DNA of 22,938 nucleotides from assembly GCA_003644215.1 (NCBI GenBank), contig QNBU01000002.1, forward strand, positions 1-22,938. The letters are read 5' to 3'. A model generated the notes under the pieces. That model had not been told where the DNA came from. It saw nothing but the letters and a program-made list of their open reading frames with translations, and did no database searches. Below are positions 1 through 8,229 of the stretch, piece after piece. The position numbers were made by a program, and so were the translations under genes. Position 1 is the first letter of the stretch. Each line of letters starts with the position of its first letter. This DNA comes from Planctomycetota bacterium (lineage in GTDB: Bacteria > Planctomycetota > Phycisphaerae > Sedimentisphaerales > Anaerohalosphaeraceae).

Positions 1-411
1 GACCGCGTCATCCGTGAACAAAAAACACAGGGCCAATTGCATCCTGCCGGGGCCCGCCACGGGCATGTATCCAGGGGCTGCCTGGCCGGGTCGGGCGTGT
101 TGTTTATCGGCCACAGCGGCGTCGTATTCCCCTGCGGCTATCTTCCCGTCAACTGCGGCAGTATCCTCCAGACCTCGCTTGAGGAAATATGGACGCACAG
201 CACGGAATTGGCCCGAATGCGGGACACACAACAACTCAAAGGCAAATGCGGCGTCTGCGGCTATCGAACCGTCTGCGGCGGCTGCCGAGCGCGGGCCTTC
301 GCCGCCACCGGCGACTATATGAACCCCGAACCGATGTGTACCTATACGCCGTCGAATGGGAACGCGGGCGTCTCGCCCGCACAAAAGCGTGGAGCGGCAG
401 CGACACGATAA
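1..411 (+). CDS. Radical SAM enzyme, C-terminal SPASM domain only (5'-truncated by the window edge); AhbD/NirJ1-like
   Basis: Frame 1 is open from base 1 to TAA at 409-411. The translation ...GCLAGSGVLFIGHSGVVFPCGYLP...GKCGVCGYRTVCGGCRARAF...EPMCTY is a typical Cys-rich SPASM auxiliary Fe-S domain, as found at the C-terminus of AhbD/NirJ-type radical SAM proteins. The Met at 37 in the ORF track is internal. The overlapping ORFs 14..322 and 189..422 are off-frame shadows. Confidence 0.7.
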   Translation, partial: DRVIREQKTQGQLHPAGARHGHVSRGCLAGSGVLFIGHSGVVFPCGYLPVNCGSILQTSLEEIWTHSTELARMRDTQQLKGKCGVCGYRTVCGGCRARAFAATGDYMNPEPMCTYTPSNGNAGVSPAQKRGAAATR

Positions 412-432
412 TAAAACAGTAATTCCTAATCA

Positions 433-525
433 GACCCCGAAGGGGTCATAACAATAATAGCCGCGGGTCCAGCGAAGCGAAACCCGTGGTTTGCGACGAC
501 AGACTTGACCGACCCTGTAGGGGTC
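433..525. repeat. Cluster of three GC-rich stem-loops in the spacer between the two radical-SAM genes
   Basis: Hairpin 1: GACCCC(433-438)-GAA-GGGGTC(442-447). Hairpin 2: CCGCGGGT(461-468)-13 nt-ACCCGTGG(482-489), 8 bp with one G-U. Hairpin 3: CGACCC(510-515)-TGTA-GGGTCG(520-525). Hairpins 1 and 3 share GACCC/GGGTC arms. None is followed by a U-tract. Confidence 0.5.
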
Positions 526-583
526 GAATAATCGAATTATGAACGCTTACAAAAACAATTAAAGAGTAAAAAGAACAGCGACT

Positions 584-1828
584 ATGATTAATATCTCAAA
601 ACTCTATTGCGATCAGATCACTCCTGGCGACTGGCTCCGCTACGGCATTGCCGGCGGCGAAAAAAGCGGCGAGATGGTTCCCGAAACCGCCGCCCAGCGA
701 AAACCGATTGTCGTCTGGAATATCACCAGCCGCTGCAACCTTAAATGCGTCCACTGCTACAACGACAGCGGTGCTAATGTCAAAAGCAATGAGCCAACCA
801 CGCCCGAGGCCAAAGCTGTGCTGGATGACCTCGCCGTGTTCGGCGTCCCCTCGGTTCTCTTTAGCGGTGGCGAACCCATGACCCGTTCCGACTTGTTCGA
901 GTTGATCAGTTACGCGGTCGATCAAGGGCTTCGCGCGGTCATATCCACTAACGGCACACTCATCACCGCCAAAAAAGCCCGCCGGATAAAGCAACAGGGT
1001 GTTTCCTATGTCGGTATCAGTTTAGACGGGATTGGCAAGATCAATGACCAATTCCGCGGTGTCGAGGGTGCTTTCGATGACGCCGTCGCGGGGATTCGCA
1101 ACTGTATGGCCGCCGGAGTCCGCGTGGGACTGCGATTGACGCTGACCCAGCGAAACACACAGGAACTTGATCGGTTGTTCGATTTCTTTGAGCGTGAGGG
1201 TATCGAGCGGGCCTGTTTTTATCATCTGGTTCCCGCCGGCCGCGGGCAGGAGATGTTCGCCGACGATTTGACCCACACCCAAAGCAGGGCGGCAATGGAT
1301 ACGATTCTCGCCAGAACCAAGGCACTCAAAGATGTGGGCAAAGACACTGATATTCTCACCGTGGATAACCATGTCGATGGGGTCTATCTGTATCTAAAAC
1401 TCCTGAAAGAAAATCCTGAAAAAGCCGCCGAGGTCTGGAAACTGCTCACCTGGAACGGCGGCGGCGCCAGCAGCAGCGGCGTCGGCATCGGCTGCATCGA
1501 CTTCAACGGCAAGGTTCACGCCAACCAGTTCTGGGGCCATTACGACCTCGGCGACATCCACGAGCAAAAGTTCAGCCAAATCTGGAGTAACTCCGACGAG
1601 CCGCTGTTGAAAGGCCTGCGCAATCGACGGGACTATGTCAAAGGCCGCTGCCGTCTGTGCCAATTCTTTCCCGCCTGCGGCGGCTCGCTCCGTGTCCGCG
1701 CCGACCTGACCTACAACGACCCCTGGGCCCCCGACCCGGCCTGCTACCTTACTAACAAAGAAATCGGCCTCGATGACGACAAAAAACAACAACTCATCGA
1801 CTCCGGCGAAGATTTCAAATTACTGTAA
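584..1828 (+). CDS. Radical SAM/SPASM protein, AhbC/NirJ2-like (siroheme-dependent heme or heme d1 type maturation)
   Basis: 414-aa ORF. It has the CX3CX2C radical-SAM cluster motif CNLKCVHCY, the FSGGEPM SAM-binding motif, and a C-terminal SPASM-type Cys cluster (GRCRLCQFFPACGGSLRVRA...PDPACY). The N-terminal ISKLYC...LRYG...PIVVWNITSRCNLKC matches my memory of NirJ2/AhbC proteins. Not searched. Confidence 0.8.
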   Translation: MINISKLYCDQITPGDWLRYGIAGGEKSGEMVPETAAQRKPIVVWNITSRCNLKCVHCYNDSGANVKSNEPTTPEAKAVLDDLAVFGVPSVLFSGGEPMTRSDLFELISYAVDQGLRAVISTNGTLITAKKARRIKQQGVSYVGISLDGIGKINDQFRGVEGAFDDAVAGIRNCMAAGVRVGLRLTLTQRNTQELDRLFDFFEREGIERACFYHLVPAGRGQEMFADDLTHTQSRAAMDTILARTKALKDVGKDTDILTVDNHVDGVYLYLKLLKENPEKAAEVWKLLTWNGGGASSSGVGIGCIDFNGKVHANQFWGHYDLGDIHEQKFSQIWSNSDEPLLKGLRNRRDYVKGRCRLCQFFPACGGSLRVRADLTYNDPWAPDPACYLTNKEIGLDDDKKQQLIDSGEDFKLL

Positions 1829-1960
1829 GGTAGCCGAGGCATCCGTGCTTGGCAATAAATCGGAATTCGCGGAAAAATTACATGAACGCTTGTCATGGCA
1901 GAGGGTCTGTGCTATAAGGCATGCTTCATAAATTTTATTTGATTTTAGGAGACGATGCGG

Positions 1961-3217
1961 ATGTTATCGGCGATTAAGCAGAATGACGCGGCGGTTTTTG
2001 ACCTGATTGAGGCCGAACAAGCTCGACAAGGCATTTCGATTCGGATGATCCCCTCGGAAAACTATGTATCCCGTGCGGTGATGCAGGCGACGGGGAGCTG
2101 CCTGACGAATAAATACGCCGAGGGCTATCCCGGCAAGCGGTACTATGAAGGCCAGCAGATGACCGATGCGATTGAGAATCTGGCCCGGGATCGTGCTAAA
2201 GCATTGTTCGGGGCCGAAGCGGCCAATGTCCAGCCGCATTCGGGGTCGCCGGCGAATCTGGCGACCTACTGCGCACTGGCCGAACCCGGCTCGACGATTA
2301 TGGGGCTGGCTCTGCCGCACGGCGGACACCTGACCCACGGCTGGAAGGTCAGCTTTACCGGTAAGTTTTTCAATTCGGTTCAGTATGAACTAAACGCCGA
2401 AACAGGCCGGATGGATTACGACGCCATCGCCAAACTCGCCAAAGAACACAAGCCGCAAATTCTCATATCCGGTTCCAGTGCGTATCCTCGAGAGATCGAC
2501 TTCAGCAAGTTTGCCGAGATTGCTGAAAGCGTCGGGGCGTATCATGTTTCTGATATGGCGCACATCGCCGGATTGGTGGCGGGCAAGCAGCACATGAGTC
2601 CGGTTCCGTATTCGGATGTGGTAACGACGACGACGCACAAGACCCTTCGCGGCCCTCGCGGCGGGATGATCCTGTGCAAAGAAGAACACGCCGCGGCGAT
2701 CAACAAAGCGGTCTTTCCGGGGATGCAGGGCGGCCCGCATATGCACACGATCTCGGCGCTGGCGATTGCCTTGGGCGAGGCGGCGGCGCCGGAGTTTGCG
2801 GACTATGCCGCACAGATCGTGGCCAATGCCAAGCGATTAGCGGATAAGCTGATGGGCTACGGATTTGACCTGGTATCCGGCGGAACGGATAATCATCTAA
2901 TCTTAATCGACCTGCGGAATAAGGGGTTGGTGGGCAAGCCGCTGGCTAAAGCGATGGACAAAGCGCATCTGGTGTGCAACTATAACTCGGTGCCGGGCGA
3001 TACCGCCGGTCCGTTTAATCCCAGCGGGCTGCGGCTGGGAACCCCGGCGATTACCACGCGCGGGATGAAAGAGGACCAGATGGATTTAGTCGCCGGCTGG
3101 ATCAATACCATTGCCGAAAATCTCGAAGACGACGCGGTCATCAGCAAGGTCGCCCGCGAAGTCCAAGACCTCTGCAACCAGTTTCCCCTGCCGGAAAGCT
3201 TTATCCAGCCGGGGTAA
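1961..3217 (+). CDS. glyA: Serine hydroxymethyltransferase
   Basis: Hallmark SHMT motifs are present: PSENYVS, EGYPGKRYY, GGHLTHG and the PLP-lysine motif TTTTHKTLRGPRGG. AGGAG at 1947-1951 lies 9 nt before ATG 1961. The in-frame ATG at 1955 (the ORF-track start) is only 3 nt from the SD, so it is a less likely alternative. Confidence 0.95.
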   Translation: MLSAIKQNDAAVFDLIEAEQARQGISIRMIPSENYVSRAVMQATGSCLTNKYAEGYPGKRYYEGQQMTDAIENLARDRAKALFGAEAANVQPHSGSPANLATYCALAEPGSTIMGLALPHGGHLTHGWKVSFTGKFFNSVQYELNAETGRMDYDAIAKLAKEHKPQILISGSSAYPREIDFSKFAEIAESVGAYHVSDMAHIAGLVAGKQHMSPVPYSDVVTTTTHKTLRGPRGGMILCKEEHAAAINKAVFPGMQGGPHMHTISALAIALGEAAAPEFADYAAQIVANAKRLADKLMGYGFDLVSGGTDNHLILIDLRNKGLVGKPLAKAMDKAHLVCNYNSVPGDTAGPFNPSGLRLGTPAITTRGMKEDQMDLVAGWINTIAENLEDDAVISKVAREVQDLCNQFPLPESFIQPG

Positions 3218-3468
3218 ATGAGGCAGTAGGCAGTAGTGGCTCTGAGTTGTGAGTGATTTTGTTGATTTCGAGCTTTTAAGGGCGGTTTTTTGGTTTTTTT
3301 TGTGATTTTGAAAATTTATTTATTTTTTTCGTGCATTTGGTGTGGTTTTGGCCGATAATGCCGAACAGTTAAGAAGTGTATTTTTTCATCTCTCAAAGAT
3401 ATCCTTCCAAAATAACTTAAATCGAGAGATACAGTTTAACGGTCTAAAAAGACCAAGGAGTAGTTAGT
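3218..3468 (+). promoter_or_regulatory. glyA-csp spacer: presumed csp promoter plus a long AT/T-rich 5' leader
   Basis: This is a 251-nt non-coding spacer with T-rich tracts around 3285-3330. It contains an inverted repeat ATCTCTC...GAGAGAT (about 3388-3431) and a small hairpin GGTCTAAAAAGACC directly before the AAGGAG SD. CspA-family mRNAs classically carry long structured 5' UTRs. I could not place an exact -35/-10. Confidence 0.35.
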
Positions 3469-3672
3469 ATGGGTACAGGTACAGTAAAGTGGTTCAATGC
3501 AAGCAAGGGTTTTGGTTTCATCACTCCTGACGATGGCGGCGACGATCTGTTCGTTCACCATTCAGAGATTAAGACAGAGGGCTATGCCACTCTGGATGAA
3601 AACCAGAAGGTAACTTACGAAGTTGGCGAAGGCAAAAAAGGCCCGTGTGCAAACAATGTGGTCCCTGCCTAA
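3469..3672 (+). CDS. cspA: Cold-shock protein, CspA family (CSD/OB fold)
   Basis: 67 aa. It carries the RNP1 motif KGFGFI and the RNP2 motif LFVHHS, with the typical start [18 protein letters not shown] sits upstream. Confidence 0.93.
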   Translation: MGTGTVKWFNASKGFGFITPDDGGDDLFVHHSEIKTEGYATLDENQKVTYEVGEGKKGPCANNVVPA

Positions 3673-3694
3673 GCATACAACACGCTTAGAATCG

Positions 3695-3727
3695 AAAAGG
3701 TCCTGCTTCGGCAGGGCCTTTTTTTTA
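3695..3727 (+). terminator. Rho-independent terminator after csp; A-run on the left makes it partly bidirectional, so it may also terminate the convergent tRNA-Leu
   Basis: Stem GGTCCTGC(3699-3706), loop TTCG, stem GCAGGGCC(3711-3718) with one G-U pair, then 8 T (3719-3726). It is preceded by AAAA (3695-3698). Confidence 0.75.
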
Positions 3728-3746
3728 TGGGAGCTGTATACTTAAG

Positions 3747-3833
3747 TGGTAGCCGAGGTGGGAGTCGAACCCACACGCCCGTTACGGGCAGGGGATTTTA
3801 AATCCCCAGCGTCTGCCATTCCGCCACTCGGCC
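3747..3833 (-). tRNA. tRNA-Leu, anticodon UAA (class II, long variable arm), CCA encoded
   Basis: The reverse complement reads GGCCGAG-TG-GCG-GAATGGCAGA-CGC-T-GGGGA-TTTAAAA-TCCCC-CTGCCCGTAACGGGCGT-GTGGG-TTCGACT-CCCAC-CTCGGCT-A-CCA. All four stems pair (G1-U72 wobble). The anticodon loop is UU-UAA-AA. Confidence 0.93.
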
Positions 3834-4195
3834 TGTACTCTGTTGGCAAATTATCCTGCGCGAGTGCCGCATTATAGGGATGGAATAAAATTTTTCAAGA
3901 AAATCTGTCCGTTTGAGTGGCAAAATTGTGCAAAAAAACCGCCCGTGGCCGGAAGGAGGAATAGAAGTTGGTGAACTTCTAAGGGTTAAGCCACAGGCGG
4001 CAGAAGGAACCCGAAAACACATTATAGTATCTATCTGCTTGCTATGCCAAGAAAAAACATGTGGTAATTACGGGTTTCCGTGTTTTTTGGTCGCCGGAGG
4101 GCGGTTATTTTTGAACTTTTCTCACACTATGTTGGTATTATTGAGTTGTGTCGTTATTAAATCTCGTGTTTTTTTGTTTTTTTTCATATCTTATT

Positions 4196-4224
4196 TTGAA
4201 CCTTGTCAAGTTTATTGATACTAT
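4196..4224 (+). promoter_or_regulatory. Candidate sigma70-like promoter for the HEAT-repeat gene
   Basis: TTGAAC (4196-4201), 17-nt spacer, TACTAT (4219-4224), about 78 nt upstream of the GTG start. It lies in an AT-rich spacer, so chance matches are likely. Confidence 0.25.
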
Positions 4225-4254
4225 AAACCCTGTTTTGACGAAATAGTGGTAGGA

Positions 4255-4274
4255 TTCGGCATATTTCGGCATAT
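4255..4274. repeat. Perfect 10-bp tandem duplication TTCGGCATAT x2
   Basis: Bases 4255-4264 equal 4265-4274 (TTCGGCATAT). The repeat sits 28 nt upstream of the GTG start at 4302, between the candidate promoter and the SD. Confidence 0.5.
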
Positions 4275-4301
4275 TATAGATGAAAATGTTACGGAGTAAC
4301 T

Positions 4302-6548
4302 GTGAGATCGGGTGTTTTTCGAGTTTGTGTTTTCTTTTCTTATTTCCTTGTTCTAACCGGAGTTGCGTGCAGTCAGGAAAATAAACGGCCAGCACCGGCA
4401 ATGGGGGAGGGTGTTGAGTCCGAAGCGTCTGCCCGTGAGTTTCGCATCTATCGTGATGCGCTGCAGCAGGGCAGCAGCGAAGAGATTCGTGTGGATGCGG
4501 CGGTGGGCTTGTTGTTGCAAAATGATAAGCAGGGTCGAGACGCATTGCTTTTGGCCCTGCAGTCAGAGGCCAATTCGCAAGCCCGTCAGGCGGTCTGCAA
4601 GGCACTGATCAAAAGTCGCGGTTTGAGCCAAACAATTGATTCTCTTGAGGTCTTCCGGGAACCTCTGCTGGGGATTCTGCAGGGCGAATCGATCGAACAG
4701 GCCGAATTGGCGGCCGAGGCGATGTTGGTGTTTGATTATCCCGTCGTTTCGTCCCCTCTCGATCAAATTATCCAAAACAAGGATATCAGTCGTCAGGCCC
4801 GTATGAATGCGGTTTATGCTTTACAACTGCGGACGGAGCCAGCGGCCTTGCGAGGTTTGATTAAATTGCTGGATGACCCGGACGCGGAGGTCGCCAAGGC
4901 CGCCGAAACAGCCTTGCAGGAGGCGTTTGGGATTCCGGTGGGTACCAGCCGGACGGTCTGGTCGGGGATTTTGGATGAGCTTGGGCTCAAAAGCCCCGAG
5001 GACATTCGAAGAGAACGACTGCTCCGTCAGGAAATGAAGTTGCGCCAAGTGCAGGCCGAACGCGACCGGTGGCAAAAACTTTATCTTTCCGCTTTGGATA
5101 AGCAGTATGAATCGTTAGACGAGCCGAGCCGAGGGCGGGTGATTTTGGACAAGATGGAGTCTGATCTTGACCCGGTTCGGATTTGGGCCTTAGACAGGGC
5201 CTCAAAGTATCCTGTTATCGGAGAGGGGCTTCGCGGGAAATTGTTTTCTTTGCTTTCGGACAGTTCACGAGATGTTCGTCTTCAGGCCGCCAAAGTGTTG
5301 ATGAATATGAGTGCGCTGAATCCCGCCGCAGTGCTGCTGGAACGGTTGCAGTTGGAAGAGGATGCTGAGGTTAAACTCGCGATGCTGGAGGCCTTGGGTG
5401 AGGCGTGCTTCTTTGCCTTTTCGCCTGGCTCTGAGATTAAATTGCCTGAGGATATAAAGCTCAAGACGCTTGACATGGCCGCGGGCTATCTTCGGTCTCA
5501 ATCGGCAGAGGATTGCATAAAAGGCGCAGAAATAATCCGTAAGATATTGGAATTAAACAATTTAAGCGATGGTTCAATGCAGTCATACCTTGGACTTCTC
5601 AATGACAGATATCGGAAATCCGTCTCTCAAGATGATGGGCTTCGCGCGGAATTATTGGCGATTTTGGCTCATTTGTGCGGGCAGGGCGGGGCGAAAGATT
5701 CTGCATGCAGCTTATTTGGGCCGCTGTTTGTGGATGCGATGGTCGTTGGAAATGATCCTGCCTTGCGTTTAGCGGCGGTTCAGGGACTTTCTTATGTGGA
5801 TAAGGTTCGGGCGTTTGAGCTGTTTAAGCAAAATAATCTTCTGCAGGATCCAAGTCCGGCGGTCCAGCAGGTTGTTATCGATCTCGCGGGCCAAACCGGC
5901 GACACGATAGATCTGGAATGGCTTTTGGTGCTGCTTAACGGCAATGGACACAGTGATCGTGTTTGGCTGTCGATTAAAAGTATTTGTCAGCGACAGGAAG
6001 TAGGTTTTTTACTGGATTGGCTGCCCGAACTGGAAGACATTGGTGCAGCAAAAGGTGAATATATTCGTGAAATCCTTGATATTGCTGAACAAAAGGCCGC
6101 TGGCGAAAAAGATCAGGAACTGCTGAGTCGGGTTCGTGAACAGACAATTTTCTGGCTGGCACAACGCAAAGCATGGGAACAGGCGATGGCGTACCTGTCC
6201 GGCATCAGCTACTCGCTATCTGAAAATCTCTATTCGGATCGGGCGGACTTTGAAGCATTTATCATCCACCTATATGGCGGAGCGGCTGAAAAAGCGGCCG
6301 AGTACACCAAAAGCAAACTTAAGGTGTCCGATATAGGGCAGGATTCGCCTTTGGCAGTCGCAATAAACGGCTATTTTTCAGAAAAAGACATCGAAGATGC
6401 TTCCAAGAGGGGCTTTTTTGGGGAGATATCGTCTATTCCGAAAGATGATCGACCCAATTGGTCTGCTTTTGTGGGAAACCTGGACAAGCAGTTGAATGTT
6501 CACGCTGCTCAGGAATTGAGCGTTTCTGAGGGAGGTGGGGGCGAGTAG
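4302..6548 (+). CDS. Exported (signal peptide, possible lipoprotein) HEAT/ARM-repeat protein of unknown function
   Basis: 748-aa ORF with a GTG start 5 nt after GGAG (4293-4296). The N-terminus MRSGVFRVCVFFSYFLVLTGVAC-SQ looks like a signal peptide with a Cys at the cleavage region, but the lipobox is imperfect. HEAT-like repeats recur: DPDAEVAKAAETAL, DPVRIWALDRA, SSRDVRLQAAKVL, EEDAEVKLAMLEAL, DPALRLAAVQGL, DPSPAVQQVVIDL. There is a coiled-coil-like stretch RRERLLRQEMKLRQVQAERDRWQKL. I recognise no catalytic motif. Confidence 0.8.
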   Translation: MRSGVFRVCVFFSYFLVLTGVACSQENKRPAPAMGEGVESEASAREFRIYRDALQQGSSEEIRVDAAVGLLLQNDKQGRDALLLALQSEANSQARQAVCKALIKSRGLSQTIDSLEVFREPLLGILQGESIEQAELAAEAMLVFDYPVVSSPLDQIIQNKDISRQARMNAVYALQLRTEPAALRGLIKLLDDPDAEVAKAAETALQEAFGIPVGTSRTVWSGILDELGLKSPEDIRRERLLRQEMKLRQVQAERDRWQKLYLSALDKQYESLDEPSRGRVILDKMESDLDPVRIWALDRASKYPVIGEGLRGKLFSLLSDSSRDVRLQAAKVLMNMSALNPAAVLLERLQLEEDAEVKLAMLEALGEACFFAFSPGSEIKLPEDIKLKTLDMAAGYLRSQSAEDCIKGAEIIRKILELNNLSDGSMQSYLGLLNDRYRKSVSQDDGLRAELLAILAHLCGQGGAKDSACSLFGPLFVDAMVVGNDPALRLAAVQGLSYVDKVRAFELFKQNNLLQDPSPAVQQVVIDLAGQTGDTIDLEWLLVLLNGNGHSDRVWLSIKSICQRQEVGFLLDWLPELEDIGAAKGEYIREILDIAEQKAAGEKDQELLSRVREQTIFWLAQRKAWEQAMAYLSGISYSLSENLYSDRADFEAFIIHLYGGAAEKAAEYTKSKLKVSDIGQDSPLAVAINGYFSEKDIEDASKRGFFGEISSIPKDDRPNWSAFVGNLDKQLNVHAAQELSVSEGGGGE

Positions 6549-6605
6549 TCAATTCCACAGGCAGAGAGTTTTTTTATTTTTTCTGAAAAATCTTGCTTTT
6601 TCTCT

Positions 6606-6634
6606 TTGCACTTCCCTGCTTGGATTTATATACT
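6606..6634 (+). promoter_or_regulatory. Candidate sigma70-like promoter upstream of tRNA-Thr/tuf
   Basis: TTGCAC (6606-6611), exactly 17 nt, TATACT (6629-6634). It lies about 120 nt upstream of tRNA-Thr. Confidence 0.4.
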
Positions 6635-6754
6635 CTCTCTTTTGCCATTGCGGTAAGACAGGGAATCTCTACCCTTATTTATGCTGATTGGGTGCTATGC
6701 TATTTGGCTGGGTTTGGGTTATCAGGGCTGATACCGTATTTTTTGAGCGAGTTT

Positions 6755-6827
<73 letters not shown>

Positions 6828-6997
6828 AATAGTGTATAAGCAGGGCCGACAAGGGGCGATTTAAGGCGGTTAATCATTGAAAAACGATGTGTCCGTGTTG
6901 GCCGGATTATTAAAATAGAGTGTAAAAAGCGTAATCGAAAATAAAAGAGAAAATTAACTTTCGTAAACTAACGAGAATATCTGGAGGTTATTGACAA

Positions 6998-8209
6998 ATG
7001 GCTAAAGCAGTATTCGAACGAACGAAACCGCATGTAAACATTGGGACCATCGGTCATATTGACCATGGCAAAACGACGCTGACGGCTGCCATTACAATGC
7101 GTATGGCAAAGAAGTCCGGTATGGCCGCGAAAGCGTTTGACGAAATTGATAATGCCCCGGAAGAAAAAGAACGTGGCATTACCATTAACACTGCCCATGT
7201 GGAGTATGAGACGGAAAATCGTCACTACGCACATGTGGACTGCCCCGGTCACGCGGACTATGTCAAGAACATGATTACCGGTGCCGCCCAGATGGATGGC
7301 GCGATTCTGGTTGTGGCCGCCAGTGACGGCCCGATGCCCCAGACTCGTGAGCATATCCTGCTGGCGCGTCAGGTAAATGTGCCGAAGATCGTTGTTTACC
7401 TGAACAAAGTGGACCAGGTGGACGATCCTGAACTGATTGAACTAGTTGAGATGGAAATGCGGGAATTGCTGGATAAGTACGATTTTCCCGGCGACGACAT
7501 CCCGATTATCAGAGGTTCCGCTCTGGCGGCGATGGAGTGTGAAGGCGGCGACGACGAGGCCTGTAAGTCCATCGATGAGCTGATGGCGGCTGTTGATGAA
7601 TACATTCCGATACCGGAACGAGCGGTTGACCAGAACTTCCTGATGCCGGTTGAAGATGTCTTTAGCATCAAGGGTCGCGGTACCGTGGGTACCGGCCGTA
7701 TCGAACGCGGCGTTATTCATGTCGGCGACGAAATTGAGATTGTTGGTCTGGCAGATGAAATTCGCAAGACGACCGTAACGGGCGTTGAGATGTTCAACAA
7801 GACCCTGGAAGACGGTCAGGCCGGCGATAATGTGGGCCTGCTGGTCCGAGGTGTTGAAAAGAAAGATCTCGAACGCGGTCAGGTTATGGCTAAACCCGGC
7901 ACCATTACGCCTCATACGAAGTTTGCTTCTGAGGTTTATGTGCTGACGAAAGAGGAAGGCGGGCGACATACTCCGTTCTTCCCGGGCTATCGTCCTCAGT
8001 TCTTTTTCCGCACAACGGATGTAACCGGTGCGATCACTGAGATCAAGAGCCGCGAAGGCAAGGCCGTTGAGATGTGTATGCCGGGCGACAATATTGAAAT
8101 GACCGGTGAAATCATATCCAGTATCGCAATGGAAGAAGGCCTTCGTTTTGCGATTCGTGAAGGCGGTCGTACGGTGGGCGCTGGTGTTATTACAAAGGTT
8201 ATTGAGTAA
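6998..8209 (+). CDS. tuf: Translation elongation factor Tu
   Basis: 403 aa. G1 [10 protein letters not shown]3 DCPGHADY and G4 NKVD are present, and similarity to EF-Tu runs full length (…[13 protein letters not shown]…, …[15 protein letters not shown]…). GGAGG SD at 6983-6987. Confidence 0.98.
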   Translation: MAKAVFERTKPHVNIGTIGHIDHGKTTLTAAITMRMAKKSGMAAKAFDEIDNAPEEKERGITINTAHVEYETENRHYAHVDCPGHADYVKNMITGAAQMDGAILVVAASDGPMPQTREHILLARQVNVPKIVVYLNKVDQVDDPELIELVEMEMRELLDKYDFPGDDIPIIRGSALAAMECEGGDDEACKSIDELMAAVDEYIPIPERAVDQNFLMPVEDVFSIKGRGTVGTGRIERGVIHVGDEIEIVGLADEIRKTTVTGVEMFNKTLEDGQAGDNVGLLVRGVEKKDLERGQVMAKPGTITPHTKFASEVYVLTKEEGGRHTPFFPGYRPQFFFRTTDVTGAITEIKSREGKAVEMCMPGDNIEMTGEIISSIAMEEGLRFAIREGGRTVGAGVITKVIE

Positions 8210-8229
8210 CCATTAAAATTGAGCCATAA

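Noticed and set aside
1829-1954. A possible riboswitch (ZTP/pfl, THF or glycine type) upstream of glyA.
   Set aside because: I could not find the conserved cores, for example the ZTP motifs ACUGGCG / CCGGG / CCGCCUGGGC. There is only a bulged hairpin at about 1832-1852 without a U-tract. An Infernal scan would be needed to exclude one formally.
1829-3758. The 11-mer GGTAGCCGAGG at 1829-1839 is identical to the 3' end of tRNA-Leu (3748-3758) in the geometry expected for an att duplication. That would make glyA-csp an integrated island.
   Set aside because: By my estimate, dozens of 11-nt exact repeats are expected by chance in 23 kb. The match does not extend. No integrase is present, and the enclosed genes (glyA, csp) are housekeeping genes with native-looking composition.
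3937-4106. An SRP/4.5S-like motif CCGGAAGGAGG (around 3949-3959) and a long-range helix AACCGCCC(3937-3944)/GGGCGGTT(4099-4106), suggesting a structured ncRNA.
   Set aside because: The sequence flanking the GGAA does not form the SRP helix-8 pairing: only 2 bp close the loop and there is no symmetric-loop architecture. A single 8-bp long-range complement is expected by chance in a 470-nt region.
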